Source of the DNA: Rhina ancylostomus
Lineage: Eukaryota
Reading direction: 5' to 3'
NCBI GenBank assembly: GCA_030265395.1
Contig: JARFYF010000007.1
Location: 42,508,635-42,572,634 of the forward strand
DNA length: 64,000 bases
Positions 37,835 through 49,425 of this stretch are shown piece by piece. Within the stretch, counting starts at the first letter, position 1. Each line of letters begins with the position of its first letter. Made by a program: the position numbers and the translations under genes. The notes under the pieces are model-generated. The model worked only from the letters and a program-made list of their open reading frames with translations, had not been told where the DNA came from and searched no databases.

Positions 37835-38670
37835 AGTGGAGGGAGGAATAGGAGGGTGATAAATGTTTAATCCAAGAGGTGAATTTTAAAATGTTCTTAA
37901 ATGACGACAAATTAGTGGAAAGTAGAGAAAATGTATGGGTGTTGACAAAATATTCAAGATGCTTGACTTCATACAGAGAATAATTTGCTTGGTCAATGTC
38001 CACATTCCATCCACAGTGCCATCCAACTCATGGGAATAAAAACTAAAAACAGTTTCTGAGCAAGTAGCTGGTGATGCAGAATAGATGTTGGAAATGGAAA
38101 ATAAACCGAGAAAAGGATTAGATAGGGTGCAGGGATCCACAGACAGAGGAGATAATAGAGTAGAGTAATGTAGGTAAAACAGGGTCTACCTATAGTAAGA
38201 TAATTACTACCATCAGGGAGGAGGTACAGGAGCCTGAAGACCCACACTCAATGTTTTATTCTTCCCCTCCATCAGAATTCTGAGCAGTCCATGAACACAG
38301 CTCATTGTTCCTCTCTTGAACTATTTAATTTATTTTTTGATAACTCTTTGTAATTTGTCTTGCACTGTACTGCTGCCACACAAGAACAAATTTCACGACA
38401 TATCAGTGCTAATAAACCTGGATTCTGATTTGCTATGTGGGTTAGACCACATTTAGAATTCTATGCTCAGCTATGGTCTCGAAACGAAAAGAAGTGAANN
38501 NNNNNNNNNNNNNNNNNGAGATAGATACCAGAAGATATAACTATCAGGAAACAATGAGTAAGCCATAGCCTCTTTAAAATCTAAAAATAAAGGTGGAGCT
38601 TATGGAAGTCCTTAAAAATCAGGAAAGGTTTGAAAGTGCACATGGGGAAGATGTTTCCATTTTCAGAGTC
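37835..38670 (+). mobile_element. Degenerate CR1 with an inserted Rex1-type 3' tail (~38195-38430)
   Basis: CR1 text on both sides (tccaactcatggg...; gttagaccacatttagaattct); the insert reads ctaccatcagggaggaggtacaggagcctgaagaccc...aataaacctggattctga. Confidence 0.6.
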
Positions 38671-38820
38671 ACTAGTTCAGATTCATTGAAGCCTGCTGTA
38701 AAAATCACCTGAAGTCAGACTGAGACATATGACTTCACTGGTACTGGGCATGAGATAAAGCTCACTGCTTCCACTACATTCAGTGTAAAGTGTTAAATTA
38801 CTTTCTTAATGGTCTTGCAG

Positions 38821-39014
38821 AAATCAATGACATAAACTCCAATCCACTGAAACCCAAGTACAAAACACTTCCGCCAGTAGAGAAGGAAGTTTCCTCAATG
38901 CAACTGTTTTTAAAAGAGGAACAGACAGAAAGTGAAGAAATGCAGTTCCAATTAAGCAAGTCTGTGTCGCAGAATCTCACATATTTGCTGCAAGATGATG
39001 AAAAGTTCTTGGAG
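38821..39014 (+). CDS. CCDC83: CCDC83 coding exon 9 (EINDINSNP...NLTYLLQDDEKFLE)
   Basis: tcttgcag| acceptor, GAG|gttagt donor, 194 nt, phase 1 to 0; ends like human DMKYLLYEDEKDFK. Confidence 0.88.
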
Positions 39015-39644
39015 GTTAGTCAAATAAATTAAAATATTTTTAAATAACCATTATTAGCAATGCTGCACAGAATACATTAGAGATAACGATGAATTATATA
39101 GTTCAAGGTTAACTCATTATGGAGCATACTTGGGAAACAGTCTTGAATATATTTTTTAAAATAGAGATACAACAATTAGTGTCAGAGTAAATGTATTGAT
39201 TTAGTGTTCAGGAAAAGTTAAAATGGGTCATGACAGAATGCAATTCCAACATCATGTGATAGGGAAAATGCATTGTGAAGTTTCATTGTCATCAACAGCC
39301 ACCTTCATTTCCCATCAACAGTTTAATTGGGACATAGTGAACTGGTCTCATTTTAACATTCACCAGCTTTCCATTATCCACATTATTTTTCCTTCTAATG
39401 GTATCATCTCATTTGTAAAATTCTCAAAAGAAATGTATCAAACATTATGATTATGTTATCAAATGCAAACAACATATCCATTTTACCTGCTGAGTGTCCA
39501 GCATTTGTTTTCATTGCATATTTTACAAATACTCACATTCATATAATACATCGCTTTTCAATGTTGCATCCCCTCACAATGCTTTGGGCATTAAACAAAT
39601 ACAATAGGATATGCAATTGTTCAGAAATCAGAATGGTTCAGACC

Positions 39645-39948
39645 TACTCCTTATAAACTCACTGGGTCTCTTCTCCATGTTCTTTATTAACTCACCAGAG
39701 CAGGTAGCACTCCTTTTCAATACCCTGGGTTTTGTTTCCCATTATCATTTTAATTTCACCAGGGCCCCATTTCTAGCACTCCCACTAAAGTCACCAGGTT
39801 TTCTTCCTTGTGTTCTCTTTAAACTCACCTGGTTCACTGAAAAAGTTAGTATACTATTATGTAACATCTTAAATGAATTAAGTGAGTTGGGATAAAAATG
39901 AGTAACATCTGGAAAATCAGTCCAGCTCAAAAGTCCTGTATTATCCAA
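39645..39948 (+). mobile_element. Tc1/mariner-like non-autonomous element copy
   Basis: Shares gggccccatttc...tttaaactcacctggttcactg with the reverse complement of 11621-11945. Confidence 0.5.
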
Positions 39949-40203
39949 ATTGGTATTGGTTTATTATTGTCACTTGTATCAAGTTACAGTGAAAAACTTG
40001 TCTTGCATACTGATTGTACAGGTTAATTCATCACACAGTTCAGTTACATTGGGTTAGTACAGAGTGCATTGATGTAATACAGGTAAAAACAATAACAGTA
40101 CAGAGTAAAGTGTCACAGCTACAGAGCAAGTGCAGTGCAATAAGGTGCAAAGTCACAACAAGGTAGATCGTGAGGTCAGAGTCCATCTCATCGTATAAGG
40201 AAT
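39949..40203 (-). mobile_element. Rex1-type LINE 3' tail
   Basis: Near reverse complement of 6025-6208 (ttggtattggtttattattgtcacttg...). Confidence 0.8.
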
Positions 40204-40584
40204 CAATGATTAAAATTTTGTAAAAACTTTGCACTTTTTTTTTCTTGGATTTGCTCCATTTCTAGGAAATAAGCATTTTGGGGAAATAGTTCTAGCCTCT
40301 TCATTTAACCCATAGTATTAATTTATTCAGGTTCTTTATTTTCTAATTTATAAAAGAACAAAATTTAAGTTTAATCAGATTTCTGAATGTTATCCTTTTC
40401 CATACACAGATGTGATCAATCTGAATTTTTTTAAGTTCAAAATGCACCATACTTTTTTCATAGGTCAGATTGTTATTTCCTCTTTGGAGGAAATACAGAT
40501 GAATTCCCTTCATGATTGCTCTATACAAGTCTCACTACAGTAGAGCTGAGAAGCTTCTTTTGTTATTAGTCTTAAGTGCCTGAG

Positions 40585-41040
40585 CTCTGTCACCTGTCAC
40601 TTTAATTCCCTATCCTGCTCCCACTTTGATGCCTCTTTGGCCATCTACATTATTTCCAGTGATATCCAATGCAAGTTCAAAGAGTAACACTGTCTTCCAT
40701 ATGGGCACACTGCTGTCCTCTGCACTCTATTGAATTCCAGAGAGTTGGGTAGCCACTATTTTGCCCTCTACAAAGCTGGATATTTCAATTTTCATTTCTT
40801 TTCACCTCTGTCTCTGACTACATAAAATAATGGTTACCCTGATAACTTTGATTTCCACGCTATCACAAATATACTCTCTTCTCTACACCTCACTGCTCCT
40901 TCTGCAACTTAAAACACACTAGTTTTCTCACCTTTCCAGTTCTGATGAAGGGCCATGGCCTGAAGTGTTAACTCTATTTCTCTCTCTATGGATGCTCCTT
41001 GACCTGAGTGTGCCTGGCATTTTCTCTTTTGTTTCATTTG
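40585..41040 (+). mobile_element. Penelope-like 3' region and terminus
   Basis: cctgtcactttaattcccta...ttccatatgggcacactg, then the terminus ttCTGATGAagggcc...gatgctccttgacctgagt. Confidence 0.7.
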
Positions 41041-41427
41041 CTTTACATTATTCACATCAATAAAGGTTGCCTCATTAAAGCTCTTCACTGAATGTAATGT
41101 AACACCACACTGTGGCTGAAGCCTATGCTAATCTTTCTGTTGCTCTGGCCGTATTCCACTCGTGCTTCTGTCGATCACGTCTGTGCCATCCCCTAAATTA
41201 CATACATCATCACTACATGGAGATTGGGAGTGAGAGAATCTCTATCTTCACACTGATTATTTTGCCACTATCTGATTAATGTTTACGTCTACCTAAAAAT
41301 GGGAATGACTGATAGTTGGAGGGGGTGGGGTACAAGTGGTGTGTCCTTGCATTATCTGCTGCTTGTAAATCAAAAGGTATGGATGTGGGTAAATTAGGAT
41401 GTGATGAGGTGGAGTTGGAAAGGTTGT

Positions 41428-41825
41428 CATAAGAACAGAGCATCAATAGGCTAGTCAGCTCCTCATGCCTGCTCCACCATTCAACAAGGTCATAGCTGTT
41501 CTCTACCTTGAGCAACATTTTCCTGTCCTAATCCCAGATTCCTTTAATACCCAGAACATAAAAATTAGGAGCAGGCCTTTGACTTCTCCACCATTTAATA
41601 ACATCATAATTGGTTTGATAGGAACCCCAACTCCGAACTTCTACCGACAGCAACCTTTGCCTCCTTGATCATCAATAATTTATCCATTTCTACCTTAAAA
41701 TTATTCAAAGGCTCTGTCTCCACCAACTTTTTAGGAAAGAGGTACAAGGCACAATTCTCACAGAAACCCAGCCTCATCTGTTTTAAATGGATGACCTCTT
41801 ACTTTAAGCACTGACCCCTTGTTCA
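41428..41825 (-). mobile_element. CR1-type 3' tail fragments
   Basis: cataagaaca...cctgctccaccattcaacaaggtcatagctg and a second aacataaaaattaggagcagg unit. Confidence 0.55.
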
Positions 41826-42879
41826 TTTCTGCTCCTCCACTGGTAACCACAGCTTCAGGAATAGGGATGCCACTGATGGTGAGCACTGCCTGCTCATAGG
41901 CTAAAGTATGCTAATATGATTCTATTGCCTCTGATTATGCAGCATCTTGCCCTACAAGAACTTAATGCCAGGTATACTGTTTAGATTAGATACCGGTCAT
42001 GATTTGATAACTGGCAGTGTGTGCAGATTGAGAGATGTGGGTGAAGGGGGTTTACATCAATGCTTAGCGGGAGGGGAAGGTGACTTCAATTTTTTTTGAG
42101 TACAAGGCCAAATTGATAGAGTGATGGAGGGAGGTGGGAATGTGGTGAAATGAACAGAATATAAAAGGCTGATGATGTAAATGCTATTCAGCCTTTGAAG
42201 ATGTTTTCACTGACCATAACCACTCTTGAATTATTTGTATCCAGAGCCTCAAGTCTTGACTGTTAGCATAGGTGTCTGATCCAACTTTCATAGTTTACTT
42301 GTACTTCTTGCTAACACAAATGTCAGAACATTTTGGAGCCACATTCTCCCAGATAATGGTTTAAGTCACCTTGAAGTGGCAGACCAATTTTAATTGCAAT
42401 ATTGAGCACCCAATTAAGATGTGCAACCTGTGGACAGCATGGTTGGAGCTGATTGCAACAATGCAGAAATTACCCCCATCTAAATATCAGAAAGACCAAA
42501 ATTGCTGTTTTAATATTTTCTCCAAACTATGTTCTCTAACTCCAATTTCATCACTCTCTTACCACTGTACAGTTGAGCCAGACCACCTCCTTTCAGCTCC
42601 ACAACATAACCAATCTCCGGTCTTTCTTTACTCTCTCTGCTACTGAAACCTTCAATCACTTCTGTGTTGCCTTTAAACTTGACTATTCAAATACATGCTG
42701 GACTGTTTTCACACCTAATGCAATCTATTAGGCACAAGATCATGCTGTCATACCCATGCCTCCTTGATGTAGACTGACCACAGTTACAGTGCCTTAATCC
42801 TTTAAGTTTATTCACCTTGTTTTCAGATATCTCCCACCTCTCCCCATCTCTATTCTCCTCCACCTCTATAAGCCTTTAT

Positions 42880-42942
42880 GCTAGCGATCTAGGTTCGATT
42901 CCTGTCGCTGTCTGTAAGGAGTTGTACATTCTCCCCGTGTCT
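42880..42942 (+). mobile_element. V-SINE 5' part running into a gap
   Basis: ggttcgattcctgtcgctgtctgtaaggagttgtacattctccccgtg matches the 30033 copy. Confidence 0.8.
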
Positions 42943-43735
42943 NNNNNNNNNNNNNNNNNNNNNNNNNNNNNNNNNNNNNNNNNNNNNNNNNNNNNNNNNN
43001 NNNNNNNNNNNNNNNNNNNNNNNNNNNNNNNNNNNNNNNNNNNNNNNNNNNNNNNNNNNNNNNNNNNNNNNNNNNNNNNNNNNNNNNNNNNNNNNNNNNN
43101 NNNNNNNNNNNNNNNNNNNNNNNNNNNNNNNNNNNNNNNNNNNNNNNNNNNNNNNNNAGCATCTTCAAAGGCTGAAATAGCAAGCACAATCAGGTCAGAT
43201 GCTGCTCAATTCACCACACTCCACCAGCCAACTAGGGTTTGTACACAAAAATCATAGACTATCTTCCTGTCAATACATCTGACCTCCCATTCTTCCACTA
43301 GACTTGTGCCAAGTCCAAAACTGAAGCACAAACATCCTGAGCTCAAAGACCAGGTGTACTTTGTATTTGGCCCCTCAGATTTACTGCAAGGATGGCTGAT
43401 GTGTGACTCCATTTGAATGACACTACTGACCTTTATGACAAGGGGTTTATCTTTCTGTGCATTACATTGTCTTTATCTTAAAAAGTACAAAAAGTGCAAT
43501 CAGTATTTTAAAATTACATTATTTAAATTTGAACTGTTTTTAAATGTGCCCGATAATCTGACTGCGGCAGTATGGCATCTGGCTCTATCTCGTCTTACAG
43601 GTCCACAAGTATGGAGAACCAGCTGGCCCCATTTCATGTGCCTGTCAGATTACATTGTTCAAAAGCTACTTGGAATTTTGTAGGATCTTAAGGTTATGAT
43701 ATAATTGAGTGAAATATTTCTAATTTGCAATCCAG

Positions 43736-43912
43736 CATTTAGAATGTGGTGCATTTGAGCAGAGGCTGTTGCATGTAAAAGGCCAGGCTATGCCACTTCA
43801 AGCAATTGAGCAACCTTCCAGTCAAGGCAAGAAAGATGAACAGAGAGAACCAAGCGAAGCAGAGTTGGGATGGCCTGTCACTGGTACAATGCTGAGATCT
43901 GTTATTTCATAG
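43736..43912 (+). CDS. CCDC83: CCDC83 last coding exon (HLECGAFEQRLLHVKGQAMPLQ...GWPVTGTMLRSVIS*)
   Basis: atccag| acceptor in phase 0, stop TAG at 43910-12; aligns to human [22 protein letters not shown]...ITYKMMKSFL; completes a 416-aa protein. Confidence 0.85.
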   Translation, partial: HLECGAFEQRLLHVKGQAMPLQAIEQPSSQGKKDEQREPSEAELGWPVTGTMLRSVIS

Positions 43913-44254
43913 GTATTAATTATTTTACAATCAATAGTTCATGTGAAGATGAAAGTGCTTCTGCATCACAAACTGGAGTTTCAAGTTGCCAGTAATTTAA
44001 TCTATTTCTCTTCCCACCAAGCCCAGATATATGAACATAGCCTCACTTTGAGGAACAGTTCAATAGGCAAGCTCCTCTGGAGCAAACAACTGCAGCAACT
44101 TCACTGAACTTTAAAAGCAGAAATTTGAAATGGCAGCTTATTAAATATAAGCATCAGATTAAAACTCTTGGCAACTTGAAAGTTTATTTTAATGAGCTTG
44201 ATAACTGACCATATGTATATCAATACTTAAAAGTTTGCTGTAAACTTTACGGGA

Positions 44255-44350
44255 AATAAAGTGCTCAGTGTCTGCAAAACTTGGAAGAATGGAATCCTTA
44301 AGGAAATGAGTATCCATTATTTGCAAAGTCAACAACCACTCATTAATAAA
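44255..44350 (+). terminator. Candidate CCDC83 polyadenylation signals
   Basis: AATAAA at 44255-60 and 44345-50, ~340-440 nt after the stop codon and just before a repeat block. Confidence 0.45.
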
Positions 44351-44389
44351 CAATACTGAAAATATCCTTCATCTCAGGCTGGAGAATGA

Positions 44390-47130
44390 CTATAAGAATA
44401 CAAGTAGCAGGAGTAGGCCCTTCATACCCATGTTGCCATGCAGCAAGATCATGGCTGATCTACCTCAGCATAATTTTCTTGATCTCCTTATCATTTGGTT
44501 CCCTTATTACACAGATCTGTCTGTTTTAAATGAACTTGAGTGAGGCATGATAGCCCTCTGGGTAGAGTTCAACACTGTCCTAAACTATCATCCCTCCTTC
44601 CAAGACTGTGATCCTCACGTCTAGATACCTCAGACAGGGAAAACATCATCCTTGCAACCAGCCTGTCAAGTCTTGTAATAATTTTGGTGGTTCCAAAGAG
44701 GACAGAAGATTGAGTTCAAGAAGAGGTAGGTGTATAATCTGGAGCAGGTCAGTATTGAGGAGGAGTTATGGATCACATCAGGCTTGATAAATGCCCAGGG
44801 CTGAATGAGATTAATAGGAAGGAAGGGACAAGATACCTGTGGTCCTAACAGATTTTTGCATCTTTGTTAGCCACAGGTGAGGTGATAGATGGCTGGAGGA
44901 TAGCCAATGTGCTTCCTTTAAGAGCAGCAGAGATAAGCCAACTAGAGGCCAGTGAGCCATACATCAGTGGTAGGAAAAGTACTGGAGAAAATCCTATGGG
45001 ATAGGATATGTACATCTGGAAAGGCAGCACCTGATCATGGATAATCAGCATGGCTTTGTGGGGGGAAATTCTGCCTCAAATTTTTTGAGAATGTGACCAA
45101 TAAGATTGATGAAAGCAAGATGGCAGGATGTTGTTTAAATGACATTTGTCAAGATCCCACATGGTAGGCTGGTCTCAAAAGATTAAGGCACAAAATCCAT
45201 GGTGAACTGGCTAATTAGATACAAGACTAGCTTAGTGATAGAAGGCAGGGGATAGTATGAAAGGATGCTTTTCTCACTGGAAGTCTGTGACCAGTGGTGT
45301 ACTGCAGGAATTGATGCTGGGACCCTTGTTGTTTGTGATATAAATGACTTCAATGTGAATGTAGAAGGTATCATTAAGTTTATGGAATAATTAAAGTTCA
45401 TAATATTGTTGGAAAGTGGGGAAAGTTGTTTAAGGCTACTGTAGGATATAGACAGACAGATGGGCAGAACACTGGCAGATTGAATTTAATCCCAACAAGT
45501 GTGACGTGATACATTTTAAGAAGTCAGAGAGATAGGATGCAGGCAGTAAGAAATGTTGAGGAACAAAGGGGTCTTGAGATTCAAGTCCAAAGTGGCAACA
45601 CAGGTAGATAGGGTGGTGAAGGCAGCATGCTTGCCTTTCCAGGTCAGGGCAAGGAATATAAAAATTGGGACATTATATTGTACTTGATGAAACACTGGTT
45701 AGACCACATTTGTGTAGTTCTGGTCACCAAACCATACGTTGTTGATGCATTGGAGAGTAATTTGCTAGTATTGGAGGATTGAGTTATGGGAAGAGATTGG
45801 AGAGGTTGGGTTTATTTTCCTTGGCGTGGAGGCGGCTGAGGGATGACATGGTAGCAGTGTATAAAGAGGCATAGATAAAGGGAGATATTCAGAATCTCTA
45901 TCTGCCACAGTAGTAGTATCAAAAATGAGGAGGTTTAAGGTGGGAGGTGGAATTTTAAGGGGGATTTGAAGGGAAAGTTTTTTTAAATATTATAAACATC
46001 ACACACACACACTGGTTGATATCTGAAACTTGCTGCCAGAGGTGGTTGTGGAGTCAGATAGTCACTGCATTAAAGTGACATTTAGACAGGCACTTAACTA
46101 GTCAAGGCATAGAAGGATAGAGACATAGTGCAAGTGGGATTAACATGGATGGGCAAGGTGGTCAGTATGGGCTGAAGGGCTTGTTTCTGTGCCATACAAC
46201 TGACTCTAAACTTCAGAGAATACAAGCCTAGTCTACTTAATCTTTCCTCGTACAGAAAACCTGCAAACCAGTCTTGTGAATCTTTGCTGCACTCCCTGTA
46301 TAGCAAAAACATTCTTACTTAAGCAGACAAACTGTACACAATACTCCAGGTGCAATCTCACCAAGGCCCTTTACAATCGCAGCGAGACTTCCTTAAGCCT
46401 AAATTCAGATCCTCTCGTAATAAAGGCCAACATACTATTTGCCCTCCTAATCATGTGCACATTGGCTTTCAGTGACGTGTACAAGCACTTGAACATCAAC
46501 ACTAAGCAGTCTCTCACCATTTAAAATACACTGCTTTTCTGTTTTCCCTATTACATTCAATTTATGTTCTTGCCCACTCCCTCAGCTGGTCCATACTCCC
46601 TTGAAACCTCTTTTACATCCTCCTCGGTACTCACAATCCCAAGCTTGAAAATATGACCTTTGGACAACTCTACCAAAACACTGATTCAGGTATCATAAAA
46701 CTGGGACCCAAATTCTCGTGCTACCATACCAATTACAGCCTGAGGATGTGGTATGTGTTTATTCACATTTGTGTCCAGTAACTAGTTCTCAATGCACAGT
46801 ATGCTACCCCCAAATGCAGCCTCTGATCTTGTTGAATAGCCTCCTGTATAGGATCTTATAAAAAGGCTTCCAAAAATCCAAATACACCACATCCCCTAAC
46901 ATTCTTCTCATCTATTCTATTAGTCATATCAACAAAATCCAGTAATCAAATATGATTTCCCTTTCACAAATCCACACAGACTCTGCTCAATGCCATTATT
47001 CTTTCCTTGATATCGTTATTACATTAAAAAAAATTCAACATTTTCCCTCTCCCTTCAAGTGATGAGGTCACATTTTCTGACCCACAAGAACAATTCCAGA
47101 ATCGATAGAATTTTGGAAGAGGATAACCAG
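44390..47130. mobile_element. CR1 block: 3' tail on - (~44390-44690), long decayed copy on + (~44760-46205), decayed copy on - (~46205-47130)
   Basis: tcagcatggctttgtg...tgtgaccagtggtgtactgcagg...tggcagattgaatttaatcc on +; YEERLSRLGLYSL and tccaaaaatccaaatacacc on -. Confidence 0.8.
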
Positions 47131-49154
47131 ACCATCCATTATCATGCCAGTTACCTCACTGATGATGTGAGTAACACTCAAGGAACACCTGGCATCAAAG
47201 TTCAGGATTCTTTATTCTATACTTCTACGAGGAACATTGGACAGATGCACAAGCTTGGTGGCAACAGGAAAATGTGTATTTGTTCCCAGACTTGCAATAC
47301 TGCACAGGCCAAATTTACAGACATTAAATATCTCAATATTCCACAGTCTGTACATTTATTCCTACTGTGGAATGGTTCATTGAATAAAGTGCACACTGGT
47401 TCAATGTTAAAAAACACTGATTTAGCAGTGCTAGAAGCACCACATATCCATAAATCACTAACAATGGGCAGGGGTAGTCAAGTTCCATAAGCATAAGCAG
47501 ACAACCAAAGTTTAGAGTATCAACTGGCATTTATATAACATAATTTAAAGCACTAAAATGGCCCAATACACTTCATTCCAATGCAATCAGACAAAAATTG
47601 ACACTTACAGATATAATAAAAGAGCCAACTCTAATGAAGTTTCTAAAAGGAAAGGATTAGGTCAATGCATTGAGTTTTGCCCCTAGGTAGCTGAAGAATT
47701 GGTGTTGAAAAGTCAGTTCCAAGTCAGGTAAGGTTTGGAGAATCAGCTAAAACAGAGACCACGATGTATCTGAAAGCAAAGGATTAAGATTTGATTAAGC
47801 AAAGAACCAAAGACTATTGCTTCTGTCTTGGCCACTGTTTAGTCAGAACAAATTGTGGCTCTCCCAAGTCTGGATCTCATTAATATTTATAAAGCACCCA
47901 TAGTATGATATCATAAGCATGCTGCAGCTAAAGAACAAATGATATTTAGGGAGCCAATTCCAAGTCTCAGGAGCTTGCGAGCTGGAAGTATGGCTGCTAA
48001 TTATGTACAGATTATAATCAAAGTACTGAGTCCAAACTGGGGTATGCAGCTTTGCAGAAGATTAAAAATAGGGAAGAACAAGGCATTCTTCTTAAAGACA
48101 GCATATATGGAAAGAGATTGTTTAAATATTTCAAGTAGATGACGTGACCTGAGTATTCCCAAATTTTGGTTTTAATTTCAGGTTCCAAAGAACAGCCTCT
48201 GGGATTGATTGAGTTGAATACTGGAGCATTTGAATTTGCATACGAATCAGTCTATTTTATAAACTAAAATGAATTATTTAACATTTTAAATTGTTAAACT
48301 TAAAGTCACATTTAAAAGGCTTGAACAAACTAAAATTCGATTCAAATTGATGAGGAAGGTGCCATTTTAAAATTTATTAACCGATTTGACACACCTTTCC
48401 AACTCACCAAATTGCCAATTAGAAGTATTCCAGAACTTCACAAAAAGACTAAGAGATGAGACCTGATTTATTTTCTTCAGATCTGAGTTGCTTATTTAAT
48501 CCAGAGCCATTAGTGTTTCAATATATTAAAAAAATCTCAGCTTGCTGTGCAGTAACAGGTACATTCATCAATAGCTGGCTTCCATTTTATTTAAGACAAT
48601 CAAATCCAAGGTAATTCAAACAGCAAACAAAATCAGAATTTGGTTTTGTAATTCAGATTCAAAATTTTAAGAACATATATTAGATATAACAAATTGATAA
48701 AGAGCTTACAAGTGACCAACTAAAGCACTAATCTTGGTATATGAAATGAGATGTCATCAACCTGCTTTGATTAAAAAGCATTGTTCACAGAGTGAAAAAC
48801 TGGATGATAACGACAGCACATTCATCTCTCTTAACATCATTGTTCCCAAAAGTTTGAAACACTCGAGGGCTTTAAAATATACAGTACATTTTATTTATAC
48901 AACAGGCCTTATGAAACATATCTAGCTTTTTTTAAAAAAATCAATCCACAAAGTGATGCAGAAGTAGAAGAAATCTGCTTCCAATATCAATTACAATACA
49001 TTTATCTTAAACAAATAAGAATTTTAGTGTACAATTCAAAATAACTAATGATAGCAAGAAATATTAAGGCAATAATCCAAATAAGACTATCTCCATTTTG
49101 AAGGAAATGCAAGAAAGACTTTGTAGTAGCCACTGTTCAAGTATATAGGGCATT

Positions 49155-49425
49155 GATAAGATCTTTATTAGTCATATGTACATCAAAACACACAGTAAAA
49201 TACATCTTTTGCATAGAGTGTTCTGGGGGCAGCCCACAAGTATCGCCATGCTTCCAATGCCAACATAGCATGCCCACAACTTCCTAACTCGTACGTCTTT
49301 GGAATGTGGGAGGAAACTGGAGCACCGGAGAACGTACAAACTCCTTACAGATAGCAGCCAGAATTGAATCTGGGTCTCTGGCGCTGCAAAGCATTACACT
49401 AACCACAACACTACTGTGCCTGCCC
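49155..49425 (-). mobile_element. V-SINE (HE1-like)
   Basis: Reverse complement of the 30033-30325 element (tgtgggaggaaactggagcacc; gaacgtacaaactccttacaga). Confidence 0.85.

Noticed and set aside
43910-43918. CCDC83 stop codon followed directly by GT (TAG|gtatta), a possible 3'UTR intron
   Set aside because: Nearby AATAAA signals explain the 3' end, and I found no supported downstream exon.
47059-47490. 143-aa intergenic ORF
   Set aside because: Starts in a CR1 remnant with a GTG start and has no domain-like features.
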